A stretch of 55,989 nucleotides of DNA, filler included, from Platydemus manokwari (taxonomy: Eukaryota): assembly GCA_037951405.1 (NCBI GenBank). It is 6 parts of 6 records of this genome, joined end to end, with 100 filler letters (N's around TTAATTAATTAA, not from the genome) between each part and the next. Parts side by side here need not be neighbours in the genome. Positions count along the whole stretch, not along the records: positions 9,338 to 18,942 come from JBBMOY011226988.1; positions 19,043 to 28,500 come from JBBMOY011247208.1; 4 more parts are not named here. One strand, 5' to 3'. Of the stretch, positions 13,301 to 25,600 are shown piece by piece (positions within the stretch are counted from its first letter, which is position 1; each line of letters begins with the position of its first letter). The notes beneath the pieces were generated by a model that did no database searches, was not told the origin of the DNA, and worked only from the letters and a program-made list of their open reading frames with translations. The position numbers and the translations under genes were made by a program.

Positions 13301-16300
13301 TGGATTTATTTAGAGATTGTGTATTTGGGTCTGATAAAATTTCGAAATGATTTCCTATGTCTTTCAGATTTATTTTCATTTTTATTTCGGAAAATAATGT
13401 TCAATAAATCATCATCGATTTTGGATAGGCTTTAGTTAGTCAGATTTAAAAGTACATGGTTTTAGATATGTCTGAGATTATAATTAATCATTATTATTGT
13501 TCTTTATTTATTTATTGAAAATATTTTGTAATATTTTTACAATTTTCAAAAAAGTAGATAATTGCGTTTCAAAAAGTGGCGATGTCTAAAAATGTTCAGC
13601 GTTTATCCTGACCATTAATTCAGTCTTGTTTGTATTCAGTATGTCTAATAACACCAATGTTTTAACAAATTTCTATAATCGTTATATCTATTTAAAACAG
13701 ATATTGTCTTTCAGTATTTTCCTTTTAATAATAATTTTTAAATCCAAGATATAAAATGTAATATTCGTCTTGATAAACAATAGTTGAATATTTTATTAGG
13801 TTTTCGTAATCTCAATATTTTAAAAGCAATAAAATAAAGAAATATATAAAATTTTTAATATATAAACTTAAATTTAATAAATAAATAAATAGTAATTACT
13901 TTTTGATAAATAAGATTGAATGTTCCAATAAATATTTCATTTGATTATAAAAAAAATAGAGTTGTTTGATCGATCGCAAGATCATAATGAAAATTTAAAA
14001 CAAAACACACCGAAATGGAAGCAATAATAGTAAATTACTCTCACATTTCTGATCACAACTCACATTTTTCAAACACGGCTTTCTTATTGCATTTAAAATT
14101 CTAAGGTGCAAAGCTAAACATTTGCCTTGTTTATTTTTAAAAAGGTATCAATCTATTTTATTAATTTTGAAGAAACGTTCCAGTCATCTCATTTCAATTT
14201 AAAGCAATGAGCATTTTTCTATTGTTTTAACTTTAGATACACGACTAGTACTGGCCATAAAGTCTTACAAAATTTAAGCAGGGATATATTCTTTGTTCTC
14301 AATTTTATTTTTGACAGAGGTGCTTGTCTGATAGACACGTTCTATAATTTTTATGTTAAGGAATCTGAGTTTAATCAGTGGCATTAAATATTATCTTCTA
14401 GGTTTTAAATTTTATTTCAATTAATCATATGTATTTTCTTGTTCTGCATTGCATTACTTTGTATTTTATATTTAAAATATTATTTTTGATGATTATCAAC
14501 CAATGATTTATCTACATCACCAATCTTATCTTTTGGATCCCAGCTAAGTTAAAGGTTTAAAATATAAATAGACGAGTCATTCAATATAGTTTTACAAACT
14601 GTAAGGTTGTCCTTAAAATATTTAGAACGTTTTATATATAATACATGGTTTTCAATCTGACCCCAATTAAAACAATATTAGAGCAGTGATTTATTTAAGA
14701 AAGGGCAAATAAATGCAAATGAGGATAACAATTTGAAATAACACAAAAAGTTGTTTTTCAAGATCCAGTCTCCCACGAAAGTGGGTTACGGCGAATCAAA
14801 AAGAAAACAGAGAAGATGGATAAGGAAGAATATTTATTTGACTAGGATAAATATAATTATTAGGAAATATAAATAGTAATCCGATATTATTGTATAAAAA
14901 TATAAAAACGAATTACGATAAAGAAACTGTCTTGTTCTGCACAGTTGTGATGAAAAGATTATTTAATAAAGCTCTACAATGCTACACAATTAAACTTACT
15001 TATTTATCTATTTTAACTATTACTTAAAAATGCCAAATAATCATAAATCAATGTTAAAAAATAAAATGGTAAGAAACATCAGCAAATAATGATTAATTAA
15101 TTATCCAATAGAAATTTTTAATAAATTTTAATTCAAGTGTCTGCTATAGAAAAACATCAAATGACGTATGGAAAAGATGAAAAGAAAATTGCAAAAACAC
15201 TTGTGTTAAATACATTAAAATTCTAAGTAATTTCCATCAAATAACAATCCCACTGTAATAGTGGATAATAGAACAAAGAAGAATATTATAACATAGATCC
15301 TTTTAGCAAAAAAGAAATTACTTGAACACAAATTTTAAATTTCATTCGCACTTGTGCATGAAATTATATATTTAAAAATTTAAGACATAAAAAAGTGCAC
15401 CAATTTGGAATGCATTAAAAAAATCTAAAGGAAAAGGTCGTTTTATACGATTCATAAAAATGTGTGGTATGCAAAAATTTCAAAGCAATAGATAGCCCAA
15501 GTAGTGAGAGGACAGCAATAAAGTGGTTACCATTAAACGAAAATATGGTAACCAAATGGACGATATCAACATAATTGGAAATTAATACGACGATACTGGA
15601 CTTGCGGTCAACGCGGACAGAACAGAATTTAATGCAACAACGTACACTACAATAACCGGTGTAAAAATGACTATTCTCAATATCAATGTATAGTATACAA
15701 CCAAGTCAGCATTATATTCACCAGAAGAAATGATAACACTGCATTAAAACGACGACTGATGAGAACCACAATCGAAAGGATAATTTTATTAAAATTTAAT
15801 ACGCTACAGGCTTATCTACATAAAATCTCTAATTATTCTACCTTCTTTATGTCATTTTTGAATTTCTTTTATATCTTCTTAATGAATCTTTTGCATATAT
15901 TGTCAATATTTACCTCCTTCTTTACTGATTTTAATTTGTATATCAATACCTTAATAAAAATTGCGAATATCAAGTCAATCTGATCCATTACATAATCTAA
16001 AATAAAAACATAAATTTCGAGAGATTTTTATTTTTTGAATTCATAAATTCTTCAGTCCATTTGCATTACTTTCACAAGTCCTTCTTGGTATATTGCAGTG
16101 GATTTCAACCTGTTACTGGAAAATCAATCCCACAGAAACATTCCTGTGGCTCGAGAAACCACTGTACAATAATTTAATTGTTTTATGCAGAAATAATATT
16201 TTTATTCATGATTTATCAATGATAATTCAATATTATAAATAATTATTAATCAATATTTAATAATCATCACATCAATTAATAAATAATTCATAATTAATGA

Positions 16301-18942
16301 TTATCTGTTTTGTTCGAATATAAAATCAATGAAATGTGTTTTGAATATTGAATTTGATTTGAAATATATTATATATTTTATTCAACAAATATCGATCTGC
16401 ACAAGTATTAATTAATTGATGATTTTATAAAGTGAAAAATCATGTTTTGGTTGTCATCAAATTATTTATCAATATTATCAATAATGATGGCAGTTATATT
16501 TTGTTACAATTATATTTTATATCGAGAACAATAAGCTATAATGGAATCAAATTTCGAATACACCAGGTGAATATCGTTTAGTTTACTTTTCAAAGGGGAT
16601 AATCAAATAATTTATAAGATAATAAAATCGTTTGTATCGATAACTCTTAAGTGGGAAATACTGCAAAACCGTTCTAAATTATCGTTTATTCATTAATCAA
16701 ATCAATACATTTATCATTACTTAAAAATAAACATTTATCGAACATTAAATATATTCCATTTAATTATATTTGTTTAATCAAAATAAAATCATTTTTGTTT
16801 TGTAAGTAATATAATATAGTAAAATATATCTATTTCAGATATGAGATGGAAATGATAAACTCCAATCACAGTAAACACAATTTTTTAATTCCTGAATTGA
16901 TAAATATTAAAAAAAAATTATTTGTAGGATTAATAACCTCAATGTACAAAATAAAATACTCAACGAGTCGTAAGTGTTATTTGTGATATGCTATTATTGA
17001 TTTATTAATGCCTTTGTATAAAAAATGAATTTGTTTTCAATTTTCTGTATAAAACAATTTATGTGGTCTTTATTTATCGCCATCTTCGTTAGATATTAGC
17101 ACAACGATAATCCATATGATTTAAATATATCGATTTTTACATCATTGTTAATGATTTTCCCTTCTGTCATAAATGCTCCATTAAATATTGAAATCACAAC
17201 CAAAATAATTGTTGTGTCTAGTAGAGGCTTGAACGGTGATATATTTTTGAGAATGTCTTGATAGTATCGATTATGACGTGAATATTCTTGAATATGTTGA
17301 CACGAATATTTTATAGAAATATTTTATCGATTCATATGAGCGATAATTAAAGATGAATATTAAATGGAACCATATAAATATTCCCAAATCAAAAGTTGAT
17401 AACTTGTTGCAGCTCTGGTAATCTGTAAAATGAGTGTAATTTCGACATGGAAACAAATGAGCCATTCATTCTAATAATTATATTGTGATCTGTTGACTCA
17501 AATATCAATATGATGAATTCAATAATATTAATGTATTCAATTGCTAGAGTAGTTGGGGTATTCCTTCAATTATCAAGGCTCATATTTATGATTGGATTGT
17601 TTCGAATATATTTTAGAAATTCCCATCTCCAATTTTGAATTTATTTACATTTATTATGTAAACATTGTTTGTTATTGTAATAAATAATTCGATTTTTTAA
17701 GATTTGTCAATATCGGGTCACGGTAAATATTGTTTGTTTGATTGTTAACATTCTTAGAAAGATAAATTTTTTAAAGTTTTTCATTTTTGGATCTGGACAG
17801 ACAGAAATCGAAAGAAAAGTGAGACATATTTTCATCATTTATTATTGATTTAACAATGATTTCATTCTATTTTATAACAAATATTGATCTCTCTCATTTC
17901 ACATTTTATCATTTATATTTTATTGATATTTATATCTTGAAACTAAAAATGTTATGGGACAACAGCTATAAATAAATATTGAGTCGATACTCCAAATATG
18001 ATTTTATCTTTTTTCTAGTCATTATTTCACATTAATATTTTCAATTTATTATTTATATTTCCAACTAAATCGATAAGATATCGGTTTGATTATTTTGATT
18101 ATATTTATACTTGGATTATCGTGACTATATTATTTATATCACTTAATAATATGTGCTGTATTTGAAAATATTCCATCTAAATTCGCTAATAATTTGTTTT
18201 TAATATATTTGAGTTTTAACTGGAAAGTGGCTAACTGTTTTGTGTGAAAGGCTTCTCTTATAGAGCTTAGATAATCTTTAAAACTAATAAGTTATTACTT
18301 TTAATTTTAAATTAATCACTTATTCTGTATAATTTGTATTATTATATGAATTATATGTTTATATATGGTTGGGATAGATCTTCTATATTTTTGTTTCATA
18401 ACTAATATTTATCAGATATATGCAGTGATGAGGAAACAAATCCTGTCTCTATATATTCTTGAGTGTTGTTTTTTGTGGATAATTTTCATTTGAAAATTTT
18501 TTCTTTGTTTTTTACAACTGCTCACTATTTATTTGTTTAAATAACAAAAAATTATTTTTTATTCTTTAAATCCGTTATGATAATTGAGTTAGTTCTTTTA
18601 TTTTATCTTTTATTTTTCCAATATCTCATAATATATGTAGGAGTGTTCATGGAGGTAACGAATTTTATCACGAAATGTCTGATAAAGGTAGGTCCTTATT
18701 ATTTATATAGATTATATCACGATTAATCAATAATATTTTTGATATCTGTTGTAGGAGATTTAAACCTACTAATATAATTGATTATAAATAATATAAATTG
18801 ATCAAATATTTTAAAATTGATTTTAAATTTATGGCTTAATTTTATCAATAAAATTTTATAACAATTCAATATTTAACACAAAAATCATTAGACAAGTCTA
18901 TAAATATAATTAAATATAATTAAATATATTAATTGATTAAGA

Positions 18943-19042
18943 NNNNNNNNNNNNNNNNNNNNNNNNNNNNNNNNNNNNNNNNNNNNTTAATTAATTAANN
19001 NNNNNNNNNNNNNNNNNNNNNNNNNNNNNNNNNNNNNNNNNN
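18943..19042. other. Artificial assembly spacer
   Basis: Same N-TTAATTAATTAA-N linker. Confidence 0.98.
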
Positions 19043-19299
19043 AATTTTGTTTTGTTTGTGTTTTGTTTTTTTTGTTTAGCGAAAAAACCGGAAAGGAATT
19101 ACCGACACACCTGGTATATTGAATAAAACAATGAAATACATTTGAAAATACAGTCGGAATTGTTTTTTTTTCATTTATTTATTCTTCGTCTACTATTTTT
19201 AAATATATTGATAATTTTTGCTTCCACCAAAAAATAGCTATTGTTTTTGTTCATGACTGAAATTGTAAGTTGGTTTATAATGGTTCACTTAATTAAAAG

Positions 19300-20320
19300 A
19301 TTATCTAAATTGATCGCATTCACTTTTAACTTTAATAGGTGCGAATCTTTAAAGAACTAAAAAAACTTTTTAAACTTCAAAATCGGAATTGTGAAGTCAG
19401 GATAATATAAGCTAAATATAAATGAATAGCAATAAGTTATAAGCTGTAATAAGTTTCATTAGATAATGTTCTAATTAGCAATAACATTTTAAATATCTTG
19501 AAAATTTGGATAATTTGTTGTTTATATTCATGATGATTATATCCAATTTTATCAATTCGAATAAAATCAGAAAATACGTTTTATCTTTATTTGTTAATGT
19601 ACAGCTTCAATTTGTATGTTTTTAATTGAATGAAAATCTTTGATGGTAAAAAACAAGTGTATAGTTTGTTGCGGATGTAATAATGTGGAAAATAAGAGAA
19701 CGAATCAGTAATTAGATAATGTACTTATGTTAATGGATATTTAAATTGGTTAAATAAATCGTATTTGAGTATTTCTCAATTAAATAGCTACAGAAATTTG
19801 AAAGTTAAGCATTTATAAGGTCCTTTTCAGTATTAAGATGATCAATATTTAGATCAAGTGGTAAGATTAAACTCTAGAAAAGCTACAAAGCATGAAATTT
19901 CTGTATCAGATTCTGAAAATATTAAATATCTAAATGTAATTGAGAAGATAGACACTTTATCTAAGAAAATTGTCAAATCTTTAATTATTTCTGCTGGAAT
20001 CCATTTTTTATTGTAAATATAGGAGTCAGTGTTAGACCACTACAAATATCCTTATTTAAAATTGGAGTTGGAGTCAAGTAAGTTTTTAACACCTTCAAAC
20101 TCCTGATGTATTGACCTATCCTACTGACATAAATCTATAATTTTATTTGTAATTTTGGGAATCAAAACATTGGATAGAAATTGAGCACACTCCGCATTTA
20201 CGAGCCATCGTCTGTAAATGTCACGACAGAGTATATTTCCAGTAGAAGCTAGAGGAAAACTGTGGTTTGTTGGTATTGACACTATGAAGGTGCCGATTAG
20301 CACTTGTAATTTAGTTAATA
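19300..20320 (-). mobile_element. Possible hAT transposase relic
   Basis: FP..STGNI, TFTDDGS*M, IQCF and C-terminal LAYIILT...KSFFSSLKI occur in hAT order (HTG.NI, VTDNA.NM, CxxH, ER.FS dimerisation domain). Confidence 0.38.
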
Positions 20321-20629
20321 AATATTTGTATCAAACTTAATTTCATTTCCCAACACATCAAGTTATTAAAATAATCTTACAATTAGAGTTTTATCAAAAA
20401 CATTTTCATAGTTTTATACTAGCATTAAACATAATTATCAAAATAAAATAATAATTTAAACATGAATTATAAATAACAATATGGGTTTTATATCAAATCA
20501 AATTAAAATGGAACAATTGGTTTAATAATAATTCAATCTCATAAGATAAATGCTTTCTAACTTTATATGCATTGTTACTACCTGTTATGTAAAAATTCAT
20601 TCACCGAAATTTTAAAATTAGCTATAAAA

Positions 20630-21650
20630 TCTTTTTTATTGAGGTTTTTGAATTAATATGGTTTCTGATTACATCGTTAGCAGTTTCAAAAACTAGCCCA
20701 ACACAGATTCGTTCAACTTGTGCGCTATAAACCATTAAGAAAATGGATTGATCAAAACAATTTATTGCATCCATTACAAAAAAGCCTTGGCCCAACAGCC
20801 GGATGAATTGAACAAAACCTAACTCTAAAAATGATTCAAGAGTGATATCGTGATAAAAAGTAAACAAATCTCCGCATTGGCTTTCTTGACATTAAAGAAG
20901 CTTTTATTTTCTTAAGTATCGATGCTATGTTAGCAGTCCTAAAAAGAATGTGTGTGTCTAAAAAAGCCACTACAATAATTAACGCTATATACGCAAACTT
21001 TAGTACTTCCTTATATAGCAAATGCATCGCAAATCTGATAAACATAAAAAGAGACGTACAGCAAAGATGCCCAAATTAATTCCTTTTATTTAATATTGCA
21101 ATTAATCTACTAATAATTAAAATGGACTTTTGTCCGAGTAAATTATTAGTACAAGAAAATCACAAAATCTCATGTCTAGCAAATGCCGATGACATTGTAA
21201 TAGTTGATTAGAATGGAAATGGATTTCAATAACAAATAGACAGTGCATGCTTGCTCAGGAAACAAATAGGATTCAAGTTCAAGCCATCTAAATGCGCTCA
21301 CCTATTAAATAAAGGCTTAAACAAAAGACATGCTAAAGACTTTACTATGTACGGAATGACTAAATCAGAACTATCAATAAAATGCAATTATTGATATTTT
21401 GGAGTTAACTTTTCGCTGAAACATTACAGCTCAATAGAGAGTATTTGTACCACCGAGTCGATCTAAACGGAAAAATTAGAGAAAAGTATTATTTTATTTT
21501 GGTAGAAATTAGATACGTGTAATGTCTTTATTCATAGCAAGACTACATTCTTTGTCAAGAACTACTATGTATCATTTAGAAAAAATGAATCAATCATCTA
21601 TAAGTTTTATTTTATAAGGCCATACAGATGCCTTTCAAACGTTAAGAATG
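20630..21650 (+). mobile_element. Non-LTR retrotransposon RT relic (R2/NeSL/Utopia-like)
   Basis: KWIDQNNLLHPLQK, GFLDIKEAF, IKRDVQQRCP..LLFNIAI, ISCLANADDIV and IGFKFKPSKCA occur in RT domain order, interrupted by stops. Confidence 0.8.
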
Positions 21651-22630
21651 TTATTGTTAATCATTCAAGATATTTCATCAATCCAAGAAAACGAAAAATT
21701 CAAAAGTATAGTAGCGAAAAATAATTAATTCACATTATTCTGATTTAAAATTAAATTTTTAATAAAATACTTTCACTTGAAATATACGAAAAATAGCTAA
21801 GACCTCATTTCTTAACTTAAGCCATTATTTGTAACGAATCATTTGATTGAGAGTGAAAGAATGAAAAACTTATCTGTAACAAAGTTCGGCCTCATTTGAA
21901 AATATTCCAGTGATCGTAATATAAGTACAAATGCATGGTAATAATGGTGAAAAAATCAATTTCCTCTATTTGGCGTTTATGAAAAAAATGTTTTAAAACA
22001 GATTAAATTCGTTCCTGGGCTTTCACGTCTAATTTACAAGAAATGTGACTAAATTGATTAGAATAACAAAGGTTATCTTTAACTTATCGGAAATTAGCTT
22101 TCATTAATAATTTGAGCGGTCTCTCAACAAAATGAAGACAAATCATACATAATTATAATTAAACCATTGAAAAGGTTTCTTAATGCTTTCTATTCATGAG
22201 TTTCGGAAAGGATATCAAATCCACCACTGCATGATTTTTTTCTTACAGTTTTTTCAAATCAATCTGGTCAGCAATTTAAGACTAGTCTCGAAATCGAAAA
22301 ATATACCATCTGCGATTGCTCGCGTCTACAGAAAATGACTCAATTTGCGGACAATATGATATCATCAATGTACAATCCAAAAATCAACAAAACCTGTACG
22401 ATAGTACTTCTATTAATGTGTTACTAGCTTATCAAGATGCACCAATTATGAAACCACCATATAAATCCATTTGTCTAAATATATTGAATTTGCTTCACAA
22501 TAATAATGTCGTTGTCTTAATTATGTTGTTGTTATTGGTTGTGTTTCAGCAACTATATTTACTCTTCTTTTGTTGAACCAGCAACATTTCATATTGAATT
22601 GAAATTAAGCGAAATTCAGAATAATCCTAA

Positions 22631-25600
22631 ATGATTGCTCTGGAAGATGTAAACTACTTTATGATGATTTTATTTTTTATTATTTATTAATAAAATTCTA
22701 GAAAGGGGTTGAGAAACCGTCTGAGAAACATAAAAAGAATAAGAAGAAAGGAGAGAAGGACGAAAATCATCTGAAAAAAGAAATAGAGACTGACGATCAC
22801 ATAATTAGTTTAGAAGAACTATATATCAAACTGCAAACAGATCCAGATTCAGGTTTAACTCCGGATGAAGTGGAGTTGGCTTTATTGTTTCTTATTAATT
22901 GGTTTAAAATTTTACACAGAATTCGATTAGCACGAGATGGTATAAATGCGTTGACTCAAGTTAAAGGTACTCCAGAAATAGTGAAATTCATTAAAACCCT
23001 TGTGGGAGGTTTTTCTATTCTGCTATGGGTAGGTTCGATACTCTGCTTTATTGCTTATGGAATTCAAGCCGGAACTACTATAGATGCTCCAAAAGATAAT
23101 GTAATTGATTACTTCATATAGAAACAGTCATTAATGTTAAATAAAGTTGTATTTGGGAGTCGTTTTGGCATTCGTTGTCATATTTACTGGTTGCTTTTGT
23201 TACTATCAAGATTCAAAATCTTCTCAAATTATGAAATCATTCGGTAAAATGGTTCCTCAAGTATGTATTTATTAATTTCATTAAAATCACCCAATTTAAT
23301 CCTATTCTTTATGGCTGTTGTTAGTCTTGTCTTTTTAGAAAGCAATTGCTTGTCGTGGAGGAGTTTTACAAGAGGTCACTACCGAATCTTTGGTGAAAGG
23401 GGATATTGTGGAAATAAAGTTTGGTGATCGAGTACCTGCAGATGTACGAATGATAAAATCTAGTGGATTCAAAGTAGATGCATTACGTGTTTTATAAAAT
23501 GAAATAATGTCGAGAAAAGGTTGATAATTCAGCATTGACCGGTGAATCAGAACCACAAGCAAGAAATACGGAATGTTCTAGCAACAACATATTGGAAACA
23601 TCAAACATTGCCTTTTTCTCAACTAATGCCGTGGAAGGTAGAAAATATTTTGAATATCTTTAATGTTTTATTGAATATCTTCCATTCAGGTACATGCAGA
23701 GCCATTGTGATAAATACCGGGGATCATACCGTGATGGGTCGCATTGCTAATCTCACCAGCACCTTAACAATGGGAAAAACACCGATTGGCAAAGAAATTG
23801 AACACTTCATTCATATAATCAGCGCAATTGGTGTATCTCTTGGAATAATATTTTTTATAATTGCCTTTGCTATGGGATCGAAATGGTTAGAAGCGGTTTT
23901 ATTTCTGATTGGTGTAATTGTTGCAAATGTTCCTGAAGGCATGCTGGCAACTGTTACTGTGAGTCATAACTTGATGTTATCATCTATAAAATATTTTTCA
24001 AATCTTAATAGTACAAAACTATTTTTGAAACAAAAACTGTTGACGTGATATAATAAATATTATAAATTATAATATTCATCATATTCGATTAATATAATAG
24101 CATATCATTATAATTTAAAGGTTATGTTGACCTTAACTGCTAAGAAAATGGCAAGAAAAAATTGCTTGGTCAAAAACTTAGAAGCCGTTGAAACTCTTGG
24201 ATCCACCAGCATTATATGTTCGGACAAAACTGGAACACTAACTCAAAACGTAATGACTGTAGCTCACACTTGGTACGATAATAAAATCAATGACTGTCCG
24301 ACTTCAGAAAACCAAATGGGTTAGTAACAAAAATATCGAATTCATTAAAATCCCTACTTCACTGAAGGTTTGACCAACAAACAAAACAATGCAACTTGGG
24401 ATGTCTTAGTGCGAGTGGCTGTGTTGTGCAATCGAGCACAGTTCAAAGCAGGAGAAGAAGAAAAAGTTATATGGAAAAGAGAATGCACTGGTGATGCATC
24501 TGAGTCAGCTTTATTGAAATATGGTGAACTGTCCAAAGGTGGAATAACGAAGTATCGTGAAGAAAATCATAAAATAATCGAAATTCCATTTAATTCAACA
24601 AACAAATATCAAGTATATTTTCCCATAAAAAAAAATTGTTCTCATAGTTCTGTAGGTTTCAATACATGAAACCAATGATGGTGATCCTCGATATTTGCTA
24701 GTGATGAAAGGTGCTCCAGAGAGAATTCTGGAACGATGCTCTGTTATTCTAATAGATGGTCAAGAAATCGAAATTGATGATCACTGGATAAATGAATTTA
24801 ATCATGCATACATTGAGATGGGTGGAATGGGAGAACGGGTCCTAGGGTTCTGTGATTATCGGCTAGATGAAAAGGAATTTCCAAGGTTTATACATTGATA
24901 ATTCTCGAAAAATATTGCTATATATATACATATATTAATTGCATTATCTTCAGGGGTTACCCTTTCAATGCAGAAGAAATTAACTTTCCAATAAAAGGCT
25001 TTCGATTTGTTGGATTAATTTCAATGATAGATCCTCCTCGACCAACAGTACCGGATGCTGTTGCAAAATGTCGTTGCGCTGGAATAAAAGTCATTATGGT
25101 AACAGGAGACCATCCAATTACTGCTAAAGCGATATCGAGATCAGTAGGGATAATAAGTATGGATAATAAGACGGTGGAAGATATCGCTCTTGAAAGAGGA
25201 GTTTTACCAGCAGATGTTAGATTTTTTAAAAATTTTCAATACATGTATACTCCTAACAGATAAATCCGAGAGAAGCTAAAGCCTGTGTGATTCATGGATC
25301 AGATTTAAAGGAACTAACTCCTGACCAATTAGATGAAATTTTAAAATATCACGATGAAATTGTATTTGCAAGAACAAGTCCGCAGCAAAAATTACAAATT
25401 GTTGAGGGATGTCAAAGACAAGGAGCTATAGTTGCTGTAACTGGAGACGGTGTCAATGACAGTCCTGCATTGAAAAAAGCTGATATCGGTAGGTATTTAT
25501 ATTTTCTTTTCTTGAATATTCCAAAATCGTTGGGAGAATTATTGATTAAAAATAAATACTGTTTTTCAAGCAATCTGGAGAAGTAAATTATTTTGTAGTT

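Noticed and set aside
14000-15500. Possible hAT (RWLER-like) and SWIM/MULE-like fragments
   Set aside because: Single weak motifs in AT-rich sequence; not supportable without a search.
17000-18900. Possible minus-strand Penelope RT remains
   Set aside because: Only vague motif resemblance; no clear catalytic motif.
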